DNA from: Camelus dromedarius
Taxonomy: Eukaryota
Direction: 5' to 3'
Length of the DNA: 64,000 nucleotides
Assembly: GCF_036321535.1 (NCBI RefSeq)
Contig: NC_087457.1
Span: 29,450,001 to 29,514,000, forward strand
Shown here: positions 24,330 through 37,827 of the stretch, one piece after another
How positions within the stretch are numbered: position 1 is the stretch's first letter
Layout of the letters: each line of letters starts with the position of its first letter
The notes under the pieces: model-generated
What the model saw: only the letters and a program-made list of their open reading frames with translations
The model's database searches: none
What the model was told of the DNA's origin: nothing
Program-made: the position numbers and the translations under genes

Positions 24330-24930
24330 ATTTTTTAACTTTTTTCTGGTAGTGAAATGAACATCCAGGAAATGATACAAATCAGCGTACCTTCATAAAT
24401 TTCAAAATGTTAGCATGTTTGTCATTCCAGCACCAGAGGAAAAGTAGAAGATGATCAGCATCTCTCAAACCCCCTTGTCCACTTTCAGATACTTTCATCC
24501 ACTAAAGCTGATCTCTAAGTATTTGCTTTTTATCTGGCTTCTGTGTGCAGAATAGTTTGTTATTTCTCATTCAGTAGAGTATTTAATTGCTTAAATATAT
24601 TACAATTTATTCTTCCATTTGATTGATGAACACCAGAGTTATTCAAAGCCTTGGGCTATTATATACACTGCTGTTACGAACATATTTGCACACATTTTTG
24701 GTAGCCATACATGCTGGCTGATATGCTATGCATATATTCACTCTAATAAATATTGACAGTTTGGAAAAGTTGTTGTACCAGTTTGCACCTTCACTAGCAG
24801 TTTGTTAGCATTCCAGGTGCTCCACACTCCAGCTACTGCTTAATGTTATTTATATTTTTGATTTTTTTAAAAAAAATGTTAGCTATTCTGGAAGTTGTAG
24901 TGGTGAATGCTAGCATTTCTTAATATCCCA
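24330..24930 (-). mobile_element. Old L1 (L1ME-like) 3' region
   Basis: 'gttgtaccagtttgcaccttcactagcag...ttccaggtgctccacactcc' and 'ttgggctattatatacactgctgttacgaacat' are reverse L1M motifs. Confidence 0.6.
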
Positions 24931-24959
24931 CCTTTGCCTCATTCCCTTTTTAAAATTTG

Positions 24960-25900
24960 TTTTCTTTAAATTTCCTCTATTTCCGTGACTTCACCCCTCA
25001 TTTCTTGTGAAATGTGAGGTCTGTATCTATCACTCCTGTTATTCTCAATATTCCAGAGCCATAAATTTCTAATTACCTATAAAACACTTATGCCTGTTGC
25101 ATTTTCAGCAACTCAGATTGAACATACCCACAATTTTTTTCCTACTAAATGTGTCCCCATTCAGATTCAAAGTTTCTATTCATCATACAATCAAGCATCT
25201 AGTCATCAAAACTTAGCATTTTTCTTCACCTTCTACACTTCTTAGTTTGGCATATCCAATACTTTTTCAAGTTTTCTGGATTCTCTATACTCTCTTTTGT
25301 TCTATACTTTCATTTCCACTATATATACACTAAAATTTCAAGTTTGCAAAGAAAAGCAATGCATGGCATTTAGAATAAATCACTTGTCTTTTGAGCATTT
25401 TGAATGAAGGCCAAAGGAGTTAAAGATTTGAGAGTCCATTATTAATAAATCTAAGATATGCAATTAAATGCCCCAGGTCTTGGAGTATGTTAACAGGCCA
25501 TGAGGTTAGCATTCAGGTTTAGACTGCAAGGGATACTATTCTGTTAGAAACAGAGATTAAGCCCAAAAAACAGAAGAAAGAGAGACTAAAGACCCCATTA
25601 AGAGCCTCACTTGAATGAGGCAAAGCAAATAGAGAACAGGGAAGTTACAGTTGGAAGAAACTGAGAGAGTATCTTAAGATCAGGGAGGGAGACTTAAATA
25701 CACTTTATCTTGATGAAGAGTTGACAGGGACTTCTCATGATGGGGAGGAAAGTAGCTCCAAAAGAGAGGATAATAATAATAATAAAAAGAAATTACTGAG
25801 ATGTTAAGGCCAAAACTAAAGATTAAATGTTGGATTATGGAATGTAAGAATAAGGCAGTGTAAGTCTTGGATAAATATTGAATCAGAACTGGTGTTCAAA
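24960..25900. mobile_element. Degraded L2 fragments (plus, then minus orientation)
   Basis: L2-like pyrimidine-rich sequence at about 24960-25330 and purine-rich reverse-L2 sequence at about 25380-25900. Weak. Confidence 0.35.
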
Positions 25901-26577
25901 AAAAGGATATGTAAACGGTTTAGAGTCCAGATTTTCCTTTTGTCTAATTTTTACAGCAATTTTTTTTAGGTACTGTTGGAAGCTGCCCAGAAAAACCGTG
26001 TACCTATATAAAAACTTTATTCCCAGGAAGATGAATGGGCTCTTGAGGTCAAGCATAGCTCTAGAAGTCTAAGAATGTGTGGAATCTTTTATTTACCTCT
26101 CTGTTAGTTGTCTCCTGAACTTATGTAAGAATTATTTATCTTCCTTTTTCAGAAGTGGGAACTGAAAGAAGGTTAAGTGACTTTACCAAAATGTAAGAGC
26201 AGTTCAGTTCAATACGAGAATTCTAAGAGGAGTTCTAGAATCCCTGGTAAACTGCTAAACTTGTTTAAAATTAGATGTGGCATTTTAGAAAATTTCAAGT
26301 GAGTGGTCCTACTCATCTACTATACCTTATTAGATGGATACAATATTTTAAAAGATTTATTTCTTTTTAATACAATTAGATAATTTTTATTTTTATAAGT
26401 ATACGAAAACATTTTAATAGTCTAAAAACCAGTGCCCAGTAGCATGCCTAGTAATTATAACCTTTAAGAAAATAATATATATTAATTAACAGCTTATTTG
26501 ACCTCAGAGATTATTATTCAAGACGTATTTCTTGAGTTCCTATTATTTTCACAATACTATGTGTGAGAGCTATAGAG

Positions 26578-26822
26578 AGGCACTACAGTACAGCATGTAA
26601 GAGCATGGATTTAGAGTTTAATTGTCTAGGTTGGAATCGTTGACTTACCATTTACAGTATGTGTAACCTCGGGAAAATGATTTACTTCTTTCCTTATCTA
26701 TGAAAAGTGTATTATGACAGCACTCACTTCTTTAGGTTACGATGAGTGTTAAGTGAATTTACATGTAGTAAAGTAATTAGAACAATACCTCACACATAGT
26801 TATTGCTCAGCAAATATCAGTT
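26578..26822 (+). mobile_element. MIR, near full length
   Basis: 'gaggcactacagtacagcatgtaagagcatggatttagag...tgtgtaacctcgggaaaatgatttac...gatgagtgttaagtgaatt...cacatagttattgctcagcaaat'. Confidence 0.8.
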
Positions 26823-26930
26823 CCTGCGATATAACTGGAAGACATATCTTAATAAACACGGCTTAAAGATTCAAGTTGCTGTGCTGTGGTCTTGCACTAT
26901 CATGCTACTTATCAAGGTAATTATTTGTGG

Positions 26931-27487
26931 CGTCGGGGAGAAAAAGAATTCTCCTCTACCTTTCTGAGTTCTTAGCGGAGACCCTTGCAATGAAAGGCTG
27001 GCTAGCAAGAGTAAAACAAGCAGAAGCCCGTTAACACATATGTCACACGTGGGCATGGGAGATGTCCATGGGAAAATGAGTGGCGCTCCCTGGTGACAGA
27101 ATTTGGGCTTAAATCGCATCTTACTAGGAAGAGGGAAGGAAGGATGTAGGTCTCTTTGGGGAGAGAAGATTTTTTTTTTCTGAATTATGAACAGGCCCTT
27201 AGGAGAGTGGACAGGAGGTGTGCTCATTTGTGACAAAGTGTGTCTGGATGTGGAGAGGAGACTTGTAGTCTCCTCTCATGACAAGAGTCAATCATTCCTG
27301 GTTGACAAAACTCCCAGAAAGACGATTTGTGACATTTGGTTCCTTTTGGAGGACCTGTCTTCAGGCAGATAATGGGAGTTCAGAGAAAACCTCTCTCTGC
27401 ATTTTCAGTTTTTCAAGTTCCTGCAGCTCAAGGTAATCAATATATCAAAGTGCTTTATTTGGGGGTGGCACATCCTGAACTCCTACT
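26931..27487 (-). mobile_element. ERV1 LTR, MER34-group-like
   Basis: The reverse complement starts 'gtaggagttcaggatgtgccacccccaaataaagcactttgatatattgattaccttgagctg' and ends with 'gggtctccgctaagaactcagaaaggtagaggag...ctccccgacg'. Confidence 0.75.
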
Positions 27488-29237
27488 ATCATATTTTGAA
27501 GTGGTATCTTCTGCCATACGTCACTCGTTTTGGATTTTTAGTAAAATAGTCCCAGAATCATGCTCTGACTCTATGTTGTAGAAACAAAGAAAACGAAAAG
27601 TGATTTGGGGAGGAAATATGATCAGGTAGCTAAGTCAGCCAGTTTCAGAAATTGACTGAGGAACCACATATGCATATGGGGCTTGGTGACTTTCTTTTCT
27701 TGTGTTCCTTTTCTCTCTCTTGACAGAGATACTCAGGGTTCTCTTGTGTTACATGAAACCTCTGGGTACAGTGTTATTACATCTCAAGGGACCACTGACT
27801 AAAGAAGAGCGTTCTTAGAAGGAGATCATGGATGATGGATCAATTAACAATGAGTTATAGGTCCTTAAACACATGGGTTCTTTATAAGGATATAAAAGAG
27901 CTTTTGTAATCTCAAACTACTGAGGAGAGGGAAGAGTCCAGCCTTGCCTTTCAGCCAAGGCTGTGGTCCCAATTTCTTTTTCCTGTAAGCAGACTTCAAT
28001 CAATGACAGTCATCTAAAATCTAAGGTCTGTGGTCCTGACAGCTACGTCAATGAGGCAGCGTCTTGCTTGGATGTAGCATAGAGACTCCTACTACAGCAG
28101 AGAGTCCTACAGTACGAGTACCAATATCACACAGTGGTCCTACACTAAATGCCTCCTCTTTCATCCTTTCTTCTGCCAGAGGCTGCCAGGTGTGACTCAG
28201 TGCCTTAAAAGCAATTGGTTTAAAATGTGATGTTATCTCAGATGGGAAACACAAACTGGGCTTGTCTGCCTGTCAATCTCATAAGTATCTGTGCCTTAAG
28301 TGTGTTAAGTGTCTCTCTCCCTGCCTCCTTCTTTTTGAAGAAATAATTTGAAAAAAAAATAGATTTTTCATTTTCTTAGGGTTACATAGGAAGATCTATC
28401 CCACTCATTTTATGATGGACAACTATGGTTCCTGGCCTATAACATTATACTTAGAATAGCAGCAGTGACTTCAGATTGTAGTTTTCTCTTCCCAAATTCT
28501 GACTATATTTTTCCTGAGATTTTTAATGAAAAAAAAAATCTGAAAAACTCTCACTCTGGCCAAATGAAGTCCTAGTGTATTTAGAAAGACGAGGCTTGCC
28601 ACAAATTAACTGCTACGTTGTGACAGCTGAACAGAGAAACTCCAGTCAAAACCAGGGAAGATTTCAAAGGGGTGAAGGTACCTAACAACCGCTCACTCCT
28701 TATTACCTTGTCCGAATGTTGGGCCCTGAACTTTGCCCCTTTAAGGGAGCCCAAAGGTATATTGATAGGTTTTTCTTCTCCTTTGCTCTGGAGCAAAATC
28801 AATCCGTCCCTAAAACTATCTCACACAAGCATATGATTCCCCACCTTTGAAGATACCAGGGACCCCTTCGTCAGATCCCCTTAATAGAAGATTGGGCCCT
28901 CTTGTCACTATCATTAAAGTTGCTGACCCTCGATGGATGGGCCCATGTTAGAGATAACAGACATTTAGACAATGTGCCAAAAGAAATTCAGCACTTGTAT
29001 AGAAACTGTCAAAAACCATCAAGTCAGTGTTAACTGAACTAATACTTGTCCTCAACAGAAATTAGTTTCTGAGACTGATTGTTTATTTGTAGAGCTTTAC
29101 ATGAAATCTGGCTTTAATTTAAAGATAAGAACTCTGGGTACCTAAATATATAAAAGTAACCAATGAATGAATGTTAATCTGTGAGTAAAGAGAGTGTATC
29201 TTTGACATCCTGTGAGATGCAGTTTTATACTCTATCT

Positions 29238-29602
29238 GTGAGGATGGGCTACTTTATGCTGCAGTTAACAAACAACACTAAAATCCTAGGGGCTTGAGCA
29301 AAGATGAATTTCTTGTACTGCTTCATGTGCATCACTAATGGTAGCCACTCAAAGATCCAGACTACTCATAACTTAAGGACTCAAGCTGGCAGAGTAGCAA
29401 CTATCTTACAGGATGTGAATCACCTTGTCAAAGGTTAAAGAGAGCTCAGTAGGTGGGTCTTGCATCAGTAATTAAGTGCTCTGTTTTGGAAGCGATGCAC
29501 ATCATTTCTGCTCCTAGTTCGTGGGCCAGAACTAGACATACGATTCACACAACTACCAGGAATCCAGACTTGCATTTGACAAAGGACACCGATGACTACA
29601 CA
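29238..29602 (-). mobile_element. MLT1K-like MaLR solo LTR
   Basis: 'ggatgggctactttatgctgcagttaacaaacaac...gggccagaactagacat...gatgactacaca'. Confidence 0.75.
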
Positions 29603-32600
29603 GAATGTATTCTTCCCTGAGCTTATAGCTATCCAAGAGAGTACATCCCTTCCTTAAAAGACACCTCATGGAACATTATAAATTTTTAAATTCACACTAA
29701 TCTATACCAATTCAGGCACAAATATTAACTCAGAGGGATATAATGGCAGTAATTGGCAGAATTAAGCCAGCATATTTTACCTTAAACTTGCTACCAGGTT
29801 CTATTGAAAAGAGTCTTCACAGCAAAATTTTCTGTACATGAGTATTTATAATCAAGTAAGCAAAATGAAAAACATTAGATTTTGAATACAGTAATAGTAC
29901 ACTAAACTTTAGATATACCATTAAAAATAACTTGACGTTAGTTCATGGAATGATGTGAAAAAATGGATTGAGGCTGCTGAATTATGCTAGATCAGATCAG
30001 AGAAAAGAACTCAGTAAGAATTTCCTGGAATAATCACATGGTCCTACAGAGACAAAAGGGAGAATTTAGGTGACAAGGCATCACACCCACGACTGTATTC
30101 CTATATAGTTTACTGCACTGAGATGTCTCATTATACCTACGTCTGGCCGCTGTGATTTGGTGGTACAAAAATAAACACATCGGGAGATTTCACATCTGAA
30201 ATAACACAACATCTATTAAAACTGACATCATTCCCAACTTAATAATAATATAAACTAATTAGTATACAAATATGTGTTTTACACAAATATGTTATAGCAG
30301 AAAAAACAGTTCTAATTTAAGCCAGGCCATCTGGTGTTAATCAGAGATAAAGAGAAATGGCATGCCTATCACAGTCACCTTTGGAGCACTGCTTTGCTCA
30401 AGCAGCTAATCCCTCCTCAGACTGAAATTCACAAATAAAGCATCTAATTGCACCTATGCTTTCAGTTAAATTAACCAGTGTAGTCCTAGTATAGCATTGC
30501 CTATACTTAAATATTTTAAAGTAAACTGCAGATAAAATTTGAACACTAGTTCAAAGATATAACCAAATGGAAATCATTTTAAACATTTCTAAGTCTTACA
30601 TGGTATCAATATGCAAGCATGCAAGTTTTGGCACATACTTAAAATCTTTAAAATTTGATGAAAGATGCATTTGTGTATTTTAGTATGCCATCAAGTTAAG
30701 AAAAACATTTAGAAAAATAAAGAAGACCATTATATATATTCACTATATAAGTTAAAATTCTAATAAATGATCAATCTGAATGAAAGTAAGAAATGTATAC
30801 AAATAGAAAAAAAATTAGGTTATGTTTATATCTGAATTCACAGCTATGAGCTTTATTAACAATATCATTACTTTTCTTGTGTTAAGAAATAAATATATAC
30901 ATATTTGACACCTTTATACATGGAATGTCTAAGAGACTCTGGCCTTGTTGGAATGATAGTTCAGTAACTACAATTTAAAATGTAAAATTTGTGAAACGTT
31001 ACTAAGTTGTTGCTCATTATTAGAGCTAAGACATCTTTAGCTAGACCCTCTTTAAGGATGAAATGATTAAATTAAAAATCATTAAGCAACATGCTCTCTC
31101 AGATTGCTGGCTCCCTCATTATTGAATTAAAAAAATCTTTGACAGATGCTCCAGTCATATTTGTGAGAGAGGCGTGTTTTTAACTTTTTGAAAATCATCT
31201 TTGATAGCTGATGGAGGTTCCACTGAGAGACCCAAGAGGATTCAGTTGCCAAAGACATTCAAACTATGGTGGTTAAGACATGGAACTCTTGGACTCAAGT
31301 ATTTGTGTGTGTGTGTCCCTGGAAGGAATCCCAAATAGCAATAAACTTTACCTTCATTGACATTTTTTTTTTTTTCGCTTTTCTGCCTCTGTTGTTTGTG
31401 CTTTTGTTTCTGATACTGGCCAAGTTTGGACCTAGTCTGGCTTCTTGGCGGCCAATACATCATTTTTCTTTGGTGGTTGCTATGATTGAAAAACTGACTT
31501 TATCGTCTGATCAGTTGATGATCTCTGTCATGTAGAGACGAGGACTTATTCTCTGTCAGATGAAAGATGACAAAGGATCTGGTCTTTAGCCATTTTTGTT
31601 TGTCTGTACAGTATTACATCTCATTAGAAAAAAGGTGTCCTCTTAAAATCTAGCCAGTGTAATTTCTAGGCTCGTGTTCACTTTAACCGTGGCCAAAGTT
31701 GTAAAACCAAATGTAAAGCTCTCCATGGTCTGTGTGTCTGTAATTGAGAAAAAGCTTTTATCTCATATCATGTGAATTGCAAATATGTGCTATCTCTAGA
31801 ATGGTTAAATAAATTAAACTACAAAATCTCTTAAATAAAAAGTATCATTTTTATGGCTTTACAGAAGCTAATAGCCTATATATATATATATGAAGACCAA
31901 CAGTCCTAGAAAAAAATATTAAAAACTAACATGCTTAGTGCTTAAAATATGCTGGATATTGAAAGGGAGAAAACTCTTTCAAAAACAGTCAGCTTAAAAG
32001 TAGTTTTAGGTAACTTACCATCCATGTTTATATGAACAAAATAAATCCCCAAAGAAACCCTGATTTTATCCATGTTGTACAATGCAGGAATGCACTTTAT
32101 AGTTTTTAAAATGATATTTGCTCTCATTTCTCTTATTTTCTTGTGGCAAGACCAAGTAATCTGATCCTTAAACTCATGCTTATTTCCTGACTAAGTAAAT
32201 TTATTTGGTTTCCAAATAATGTTTACATTCAAGAAAAATGTAAATTTGCTGTCAATAAAATGTGAATTACAATTCTGAAAATCTTTTCACTATCAAGAGT
32301 AATTATGTAATGAATCAACTGGAATATGATTTCTAAGATCCTTAGATAAACGTGCACATTTGCATTGATATTGACAGAATTCAGTGATGGATAGATTTTA
32401 GATACTTGTCTAAGTTTTCAGTAAGAGAGACCACTACAGCATTGGTTACTGGGCATTACACAAATACCCACCCCTGTCCAATGCACACACATGCACACAC
32501 ATATGTACTGTTTATATTAAATAATTTTCTGTTGTATATATCATGTTATAGAATAGTTATACCTCTACGTTACTTTAACTTTTTTTTTTTTTTTTTTTGC

Positions 32601-33320
32601 CTCTTTAAATTGTGTGATTAGAATGCATGAGACAGTATGTTGCTGGCTATGTGCTCATGAACTCTGCCGGTCTTTAAAATGCTTGTACATTAGAGACAGT
32701 TCTTAAGCTCCCAGTAAAATAAAAGGTAGTTAATTTGGCTCGATAAATTTATATGAGGGATTTAGATTTTATTAGTAGCTGCACAGAAATAGGAATATGT
32801 ATACAGGGGTAAGAATGTATTCTTCATGGAAAAAGAGGATTTTTTTTTCTTTTTGAAGATAAGTGTCTCTTGTTACAAATGCGAAAGACAGTGAAATTAA
32901 AATGTGAATGAATATAAAAGGTTGCAGAAGGTTTGCAGATAGAAAACTTTTTTTGCCTTGGCTTATAATAATGACAAATCATGAATCTGAAAAGACTTAA
33001 TAGACTGGGCTAAAATTTTAGCAAATTTGCTCGATTTTGACAGGTTTGTTCATTTAGAAAAGTATGTGAAAGTTTAATGTTATAAATTATAATAATATAA
33101 AATTAAAATTTTGTTTTCTATCTGTTAGAATGATAAACTCTATTAGGCTATCTAGTCTGCTCATAATAAGAGGGAATAAAAGTTATTCTTTCTTCTTTCT
33201 GTAATCTTTCTAGTTGAGAGATTTAGTATCTCACCAGAGTAATTTTCTACACTCCACACTGACTTTTTTATCTCCTTGATTATTTCAGATAAATAATCAA
33301 TAAAGCCTTCCTCACCTGTG

Positions 33321-33385
33321 AAAAATAAAATAAAATAAAATAAAATAAAATAAAATAAAATAAAATAAAATAAAATAAAATAAAA
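33321..33385. repeat. A5(TAAAA)12 microsatellite
   Basis: Directly read. AATAAA lies at 33299-33304, 16 nt upstream. Confidence 0.95.
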
Positions 33386-34977
33386 TAGATACAGGCTAGT
33401 AATGTGTTCTACCACAAGGAAAGCCAGTCTGAGCTTCATAAACAGAACTATGCCAACCATTCTGTGATACTGATACTTCAAGGTAAGACTGGCAGTACAG
33501 GCCTCAGAGCTGACATCACACAGACAAATGTCTGAATCTGCTAGGGGACTGAGTCAGCAATTTCAGGCCATTTTAATGCATATGCTGCATAAGATTTTAT
33601 GAAAGCTGACAAGAGACACAATATCTGTTAGAACAAAAATATGAAAATTTATTAAGAATGAGTGAACTGATGAAGAATAGTTAATTATGATTATTCAGAA
33701 TATTGTTGATATTTGAAAATTCTTTCTCCCATTGATAGATATTTTAAAAAGCTTCTTTTCCCCCTTTTTACTTGTACGTCATCTTTAATTTAGTCACTCC
33801 GTTCAGGAACAAACACTTTCCCTGAATACATTTTTTTTTCACTTTCAATGGCTGTGTAGTTATTTTAAAAGACAAGAATCAGTTTTTCTTTTTAAAAGCC
33901 AGGATACAGTTTAACAAATCAATTAGTCAAACAGTGTTTACATTTTCTGAAGTGTCATATTTGAAAATAAATTTTGTCCAGTGAGGTATAGCAAGTGTCC
34001 ATTTTGTCTGGAACTGATTCCTAGGAAGCCCTCCTGGGAAAGTCAATTAATAATAGTTCTGTAACTAACAGTGTGTCTTTACAGGTAATTAGTCACTTCC
34101 TATTAGTAACTTACTTAGCAGATTCTGGAGAATGCAGTTTAACCATATTTATTAATCCAGTAGACAAAACAGAAATTAATATTTGAGATTTGGTATCCTA
34201 AGCAAATTAAAATATTGGTATCCTATTGAGGAGTCACATACAATATGAATTTTTGTACAGATTGGCTTCTTTCACTTCATAAGAGCAAATAATAACAATA
34301 ATAATATCAACAAATTCATGGAGGAATAAAGCATGTTAAAAATACAATCCTTTCAAAACCTTTAAATGAGACTTATCTTTATGTTCTTAGCAGTGATTAA
34401 TCACTGCATGACTTCTGATTTGCTGACCATACTACAAGGTGCATCAACCAGCACCTGTGAAAACACAATGACACCAGGCATTTTTGTGATTAAAAAAAAA
34501 AACAGAGCTTTTTTAAAATCATTGGCAGTAGTACACTCTTAAGTAAAAAAAAAAAAAGAAAAAAGAAAGAAAGAAAGAAAAGAAAAAAATCAGAAACTTG
34601 GAAATAGGCAAAAGACGACTATGTCATTTTGTGTCAAAGCCTAACAAGTCAATCAAAATACTATCTCCTTCTCTATAGGAATGCAGGCTTGTTTTACTGT
34701 TATTTACTGTTGATTAATACATTTTACAGCTCTGAAAGGCTGGAGGTTAACTGGTTGAAAATACATAGCAATGCAATAGATTCTTGTCTGAGAGCAATGC
34801 AAATGATTTTGTTCTACAAATATGCAAATGCTTTCTGCGCAAAAGAAAAGACCCAACACAGAATTACAGTTGCCTTGCCCCAGAGTGCATTAATCAGTTT
34901 TGTGTGTAGTTTCACAGCCTTCTTCCAGTTTTCCTCCTTTCAGTGATTCTATATACTTCTGTATCCTGTATGCTTCT

Positions 34978-36125
34978 TTTTAAATAGACTTTATTTTTTA
35001 GAGCAGTTTTAGGTTCACAGCAAAACTGATGGTAAAGTACAGAGATCTCCCATATACCCCTGTCCCAACATATGCAGAGCTGCCCTCAGGATCAGCACCC
35101 CCTGCAAGAGTGGTACATTTGTTACAACTGACAAACCTACACTGGCACATCATTATCACCCAAAGTCTATCCTTTACATTAGGAGTCACTCTTGATTTTG
35201 TACATTCTGTGGGTTTGGACAAATCTACAGTAACATGTATCCACCATTATAGAATCATATGGAATAATTCCACTGCTCCAAAAATTACTATATTCTCTGT
35301 CTATTCATCCCCACCACCCCCAACCATATCCCAGGCAAACACTCATCTTTTTGTTATCTCCATAGTTTTGCCTTTTCCAGAATGTCATATAGTTGGAATT
35401 ATACAGTATGAAGCCTTTCTAGATTGANNNNNNNNNNNNNNNNNNNNNNNNNNNNNNNNNNNNNNNNNNNNNNNNNNNNNNNNNNNNNNNNNNNNNNNNN
35501 NNNNNNNNNNNNNNNNNNNNNNNNNNNNNNNNNNNNNNNNNNNNNNNNNNNNNNNNNNNNNNNNNNNNNNNNNNNNNNTTCCAAGTTTTCCCAATTATGA
35601 ATAAAGCTGCTATACAAATCTCTGTGCAGGTTTTATGTGGTCGTAAGTTTTCAGTTCATGTGGGTAATTGCTGGATTGTATGGTAAAAGTTTGTTTATTT
35701 TTAAATAAATCACCAAACTGTCTTCCAGAGTGGCTGTACCATTTTGCATTCCCATCAGCAATGAATGAGAACTTCTGTGCTCTACATCCTTGCTAGCACT
35801 TGGTGTTCTGGAGTTTGGCTTTTCTAATAGGCATGTTGTGATATATTATTGTTGTTATAATCTGCAGTTTCCTGATGACATATGAAAAGATGTGGAATAT
35901 ATTTTCATATGCTTATTTACCATCTGGATATCTTATTGGTGATGTGTCTGTTAAGGTCACTGACCCACTTTTTAATTGCGTTTCTGTTTTCTTATTGTTG
36001 AGTTTTAAGATATTTTTGTGTGTATTTTGGATTACACTGCTTTGTCAGATATGTCTTCTGCAAGTATCTTCTCCTAGTTGGTGGCTTGTCTTTTCATTCT
36101 CTTGATAGTGTTTTGCATAGCAAAA
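34978..36125 (-). mobile_element. L1MC-like LINE-1 (3' UTR and ORF2 end), spanning a gap
   Basis: 'tttttagagcagttttaggttcacagcaaaa...catcattatcacccaaagtc...ccatagttttgccttttccagaatgtcatatagttggaatt' is the L1MC1/2 3' end in reverse, and it continues after the N-run. Confidence 0.88.
35428..35578. other. Assembly gap (151 N)
   Basis: Run of N. Confidence 0.99.
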
Positions 36126-36779
36126 ACGTGTAAAAGAGCACTTGTAACTTCAAAGGAAAAAGAAATAAAGAGGATTCTGATAAGCTCCAATCTACGGAAA
36201 TCCTACAAATCACAGGCGTTGAGAACGCACCATTCACTGGGCCAAAACTTACTAAATTCAGACAATCCAAACACGTGCTTTACCTTCCTTTATTACCCTA
36301 ATTTGTAACTGACTCTCTGACCAAATTGTCCCGGATCCCAACACTGTTCCCCTTTCTGAGATAGAACTTTGCCTCTACCCTTCTTTTTCCATATTCCATT
36401 CTTATTCTCTTCCATTCCCAGCATGTGATCACTCATTTTTTCCTCCTTCTTTCCATCAGTAACCCACTGAAGTACTAACATCTGAGCTTTGTATTTACTC
36501 CTACCCTTCTTTCTATATGATGATAATAGTATATTAACATCTTAATCTAAAATTTGGATTTGTGACATTTTCCTTTTTCCATCATTTATTACCAAACTTT
36601 CATCGTTATTCACTTTCAGATTTTTGTTTGTTTGTTTGTTTGTTTTGAATCCCCTTTCCTCCCCAACTACTCTGGAGAAAGGCTGCAATTTTGCCCAGAC
36701 TCACAACACCGAATGGAAGATCCTGAGGAGAAAGACTAAAATCATCAGTCATAACCACCCCAGCCTGCACCTCCTGTTT

Positions 36780-36920
36780 AGCATTTGATTCTAACTGTAA
36801 GACTTTTGAGGTCAGAGACCATGTATTCCATTATTTTTATATCTCACAGACTGGCTAACTGGGAGATTGGCACACACTAGGCAAATATAAGGCATACAAT
36901 CAATGAATAATTGATTGATT
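36780..36920 (+). mobile_element. L2 3' end
   Basis: 'actgtaagacttttgaggtcagagaccatgt...ttggcacacactaggc...aatgaataattgattgatt'. Confidence 0.6.
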
Positions 36921-36932
36921 CTGATGCTCTAA

Positions 36933-37136
36933 NNNNNNNNNNNNNNNNNNNNNNNNNNNNNNNNNNNNNNNNNNNNNNNNNNNNNNNNNNNNNNNNNNNN
37001 NNNNNNNNNNNNNNNNNNNNNNNNNNNNNNNNNNNNNNNNNNNNNNNNNNNNNNNNNNNNNNNNNNNNNNNNNNNNNNNNNNNNNNNNNNNNNNNNNNNN
37101 NNNNNNNNNNNNNNNNNNNNNNNNNNNNNNNNNNNN
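36933..37136. other. Assembly gap (204 N)
   Basis: Run of N. Confidence 0.99.
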
Positions 37137-37307
37137 CACCGCAGATTGCAGTTGTATCAGAAGATGCACTTTTCAACACCTCATTACTGGAGACTCAATA
37201 GGAATAAAGCCCCCATACCCTGCACTATGAGCAGTATTCCTTCTCTGCCTTCCTGGAACATCTTTTCTTCCTTCGTATCTGTTTAAGGTGATCACACAGT
37301 CCCCATC

Positions 37308-37827
37308 TGTAATGGAGTCTGCTAGTGATCTCCCAGTATATATTCTTCCTTTTTTCCATGATAATAGGAGTTTAAGCCGAGTACAGATCTGGCCAGAACA
37401 GTGCAAAATTATCCAGCCACCTTAGCAGCCACATATTTTCCTATGGCTAAATTATGTAAATGACAAATAAATGTAAACGGAACGTACATCTTCTGAACTA
37501 TGTCCTTAAACGTAGAGGGTGTCTTCTCCTTTTTTTCTTTTTCACCTTTCTGCTGGCTGAAATACAGAATTTGTGGGTTTGTCATTTTGAACAATGGCTT
37601 GGAGGTAAACAACATGAGAATAATAGAAGATAGATGGAGCAGTAAGATAGAAGATGACTGGTTGTTGGATAAATTTTTTAAACAGAGCCATCATATCAGC
37701 CCTGCATCTGCTGTGGGATGTTAAATGAAAAAAATTAAAAAATTAAACAACAACAAAAAATCCTATTTTATGTAGCCACTATTAATATGAGTGTCTGTTG
37801 TAAACAGACTCATACAGACCCAGTTAC
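37308..37827 (+). mobile_element. MLT1J-like MaLR solo LTR
   Basis: 'tgtaatggagtctgctagtgatctcccagtatatattcttcc...ctgctggctgaaat...gagcagtaagatagaag...gagccatcatatcagccctg...agccactattaat'. Confidence 0.75.

Noticed and set aside
33161-33481. 106-aa ORF with FYFIL repeats
   Set aside because: The repeats are simply the translation of the (TTTTA)n microsatellite.
35029-35427. Longest ORF (132 aa, plus strand)
   Set aside because: It is an antisense reading of an L1MC 3' UTR ending at a gap.
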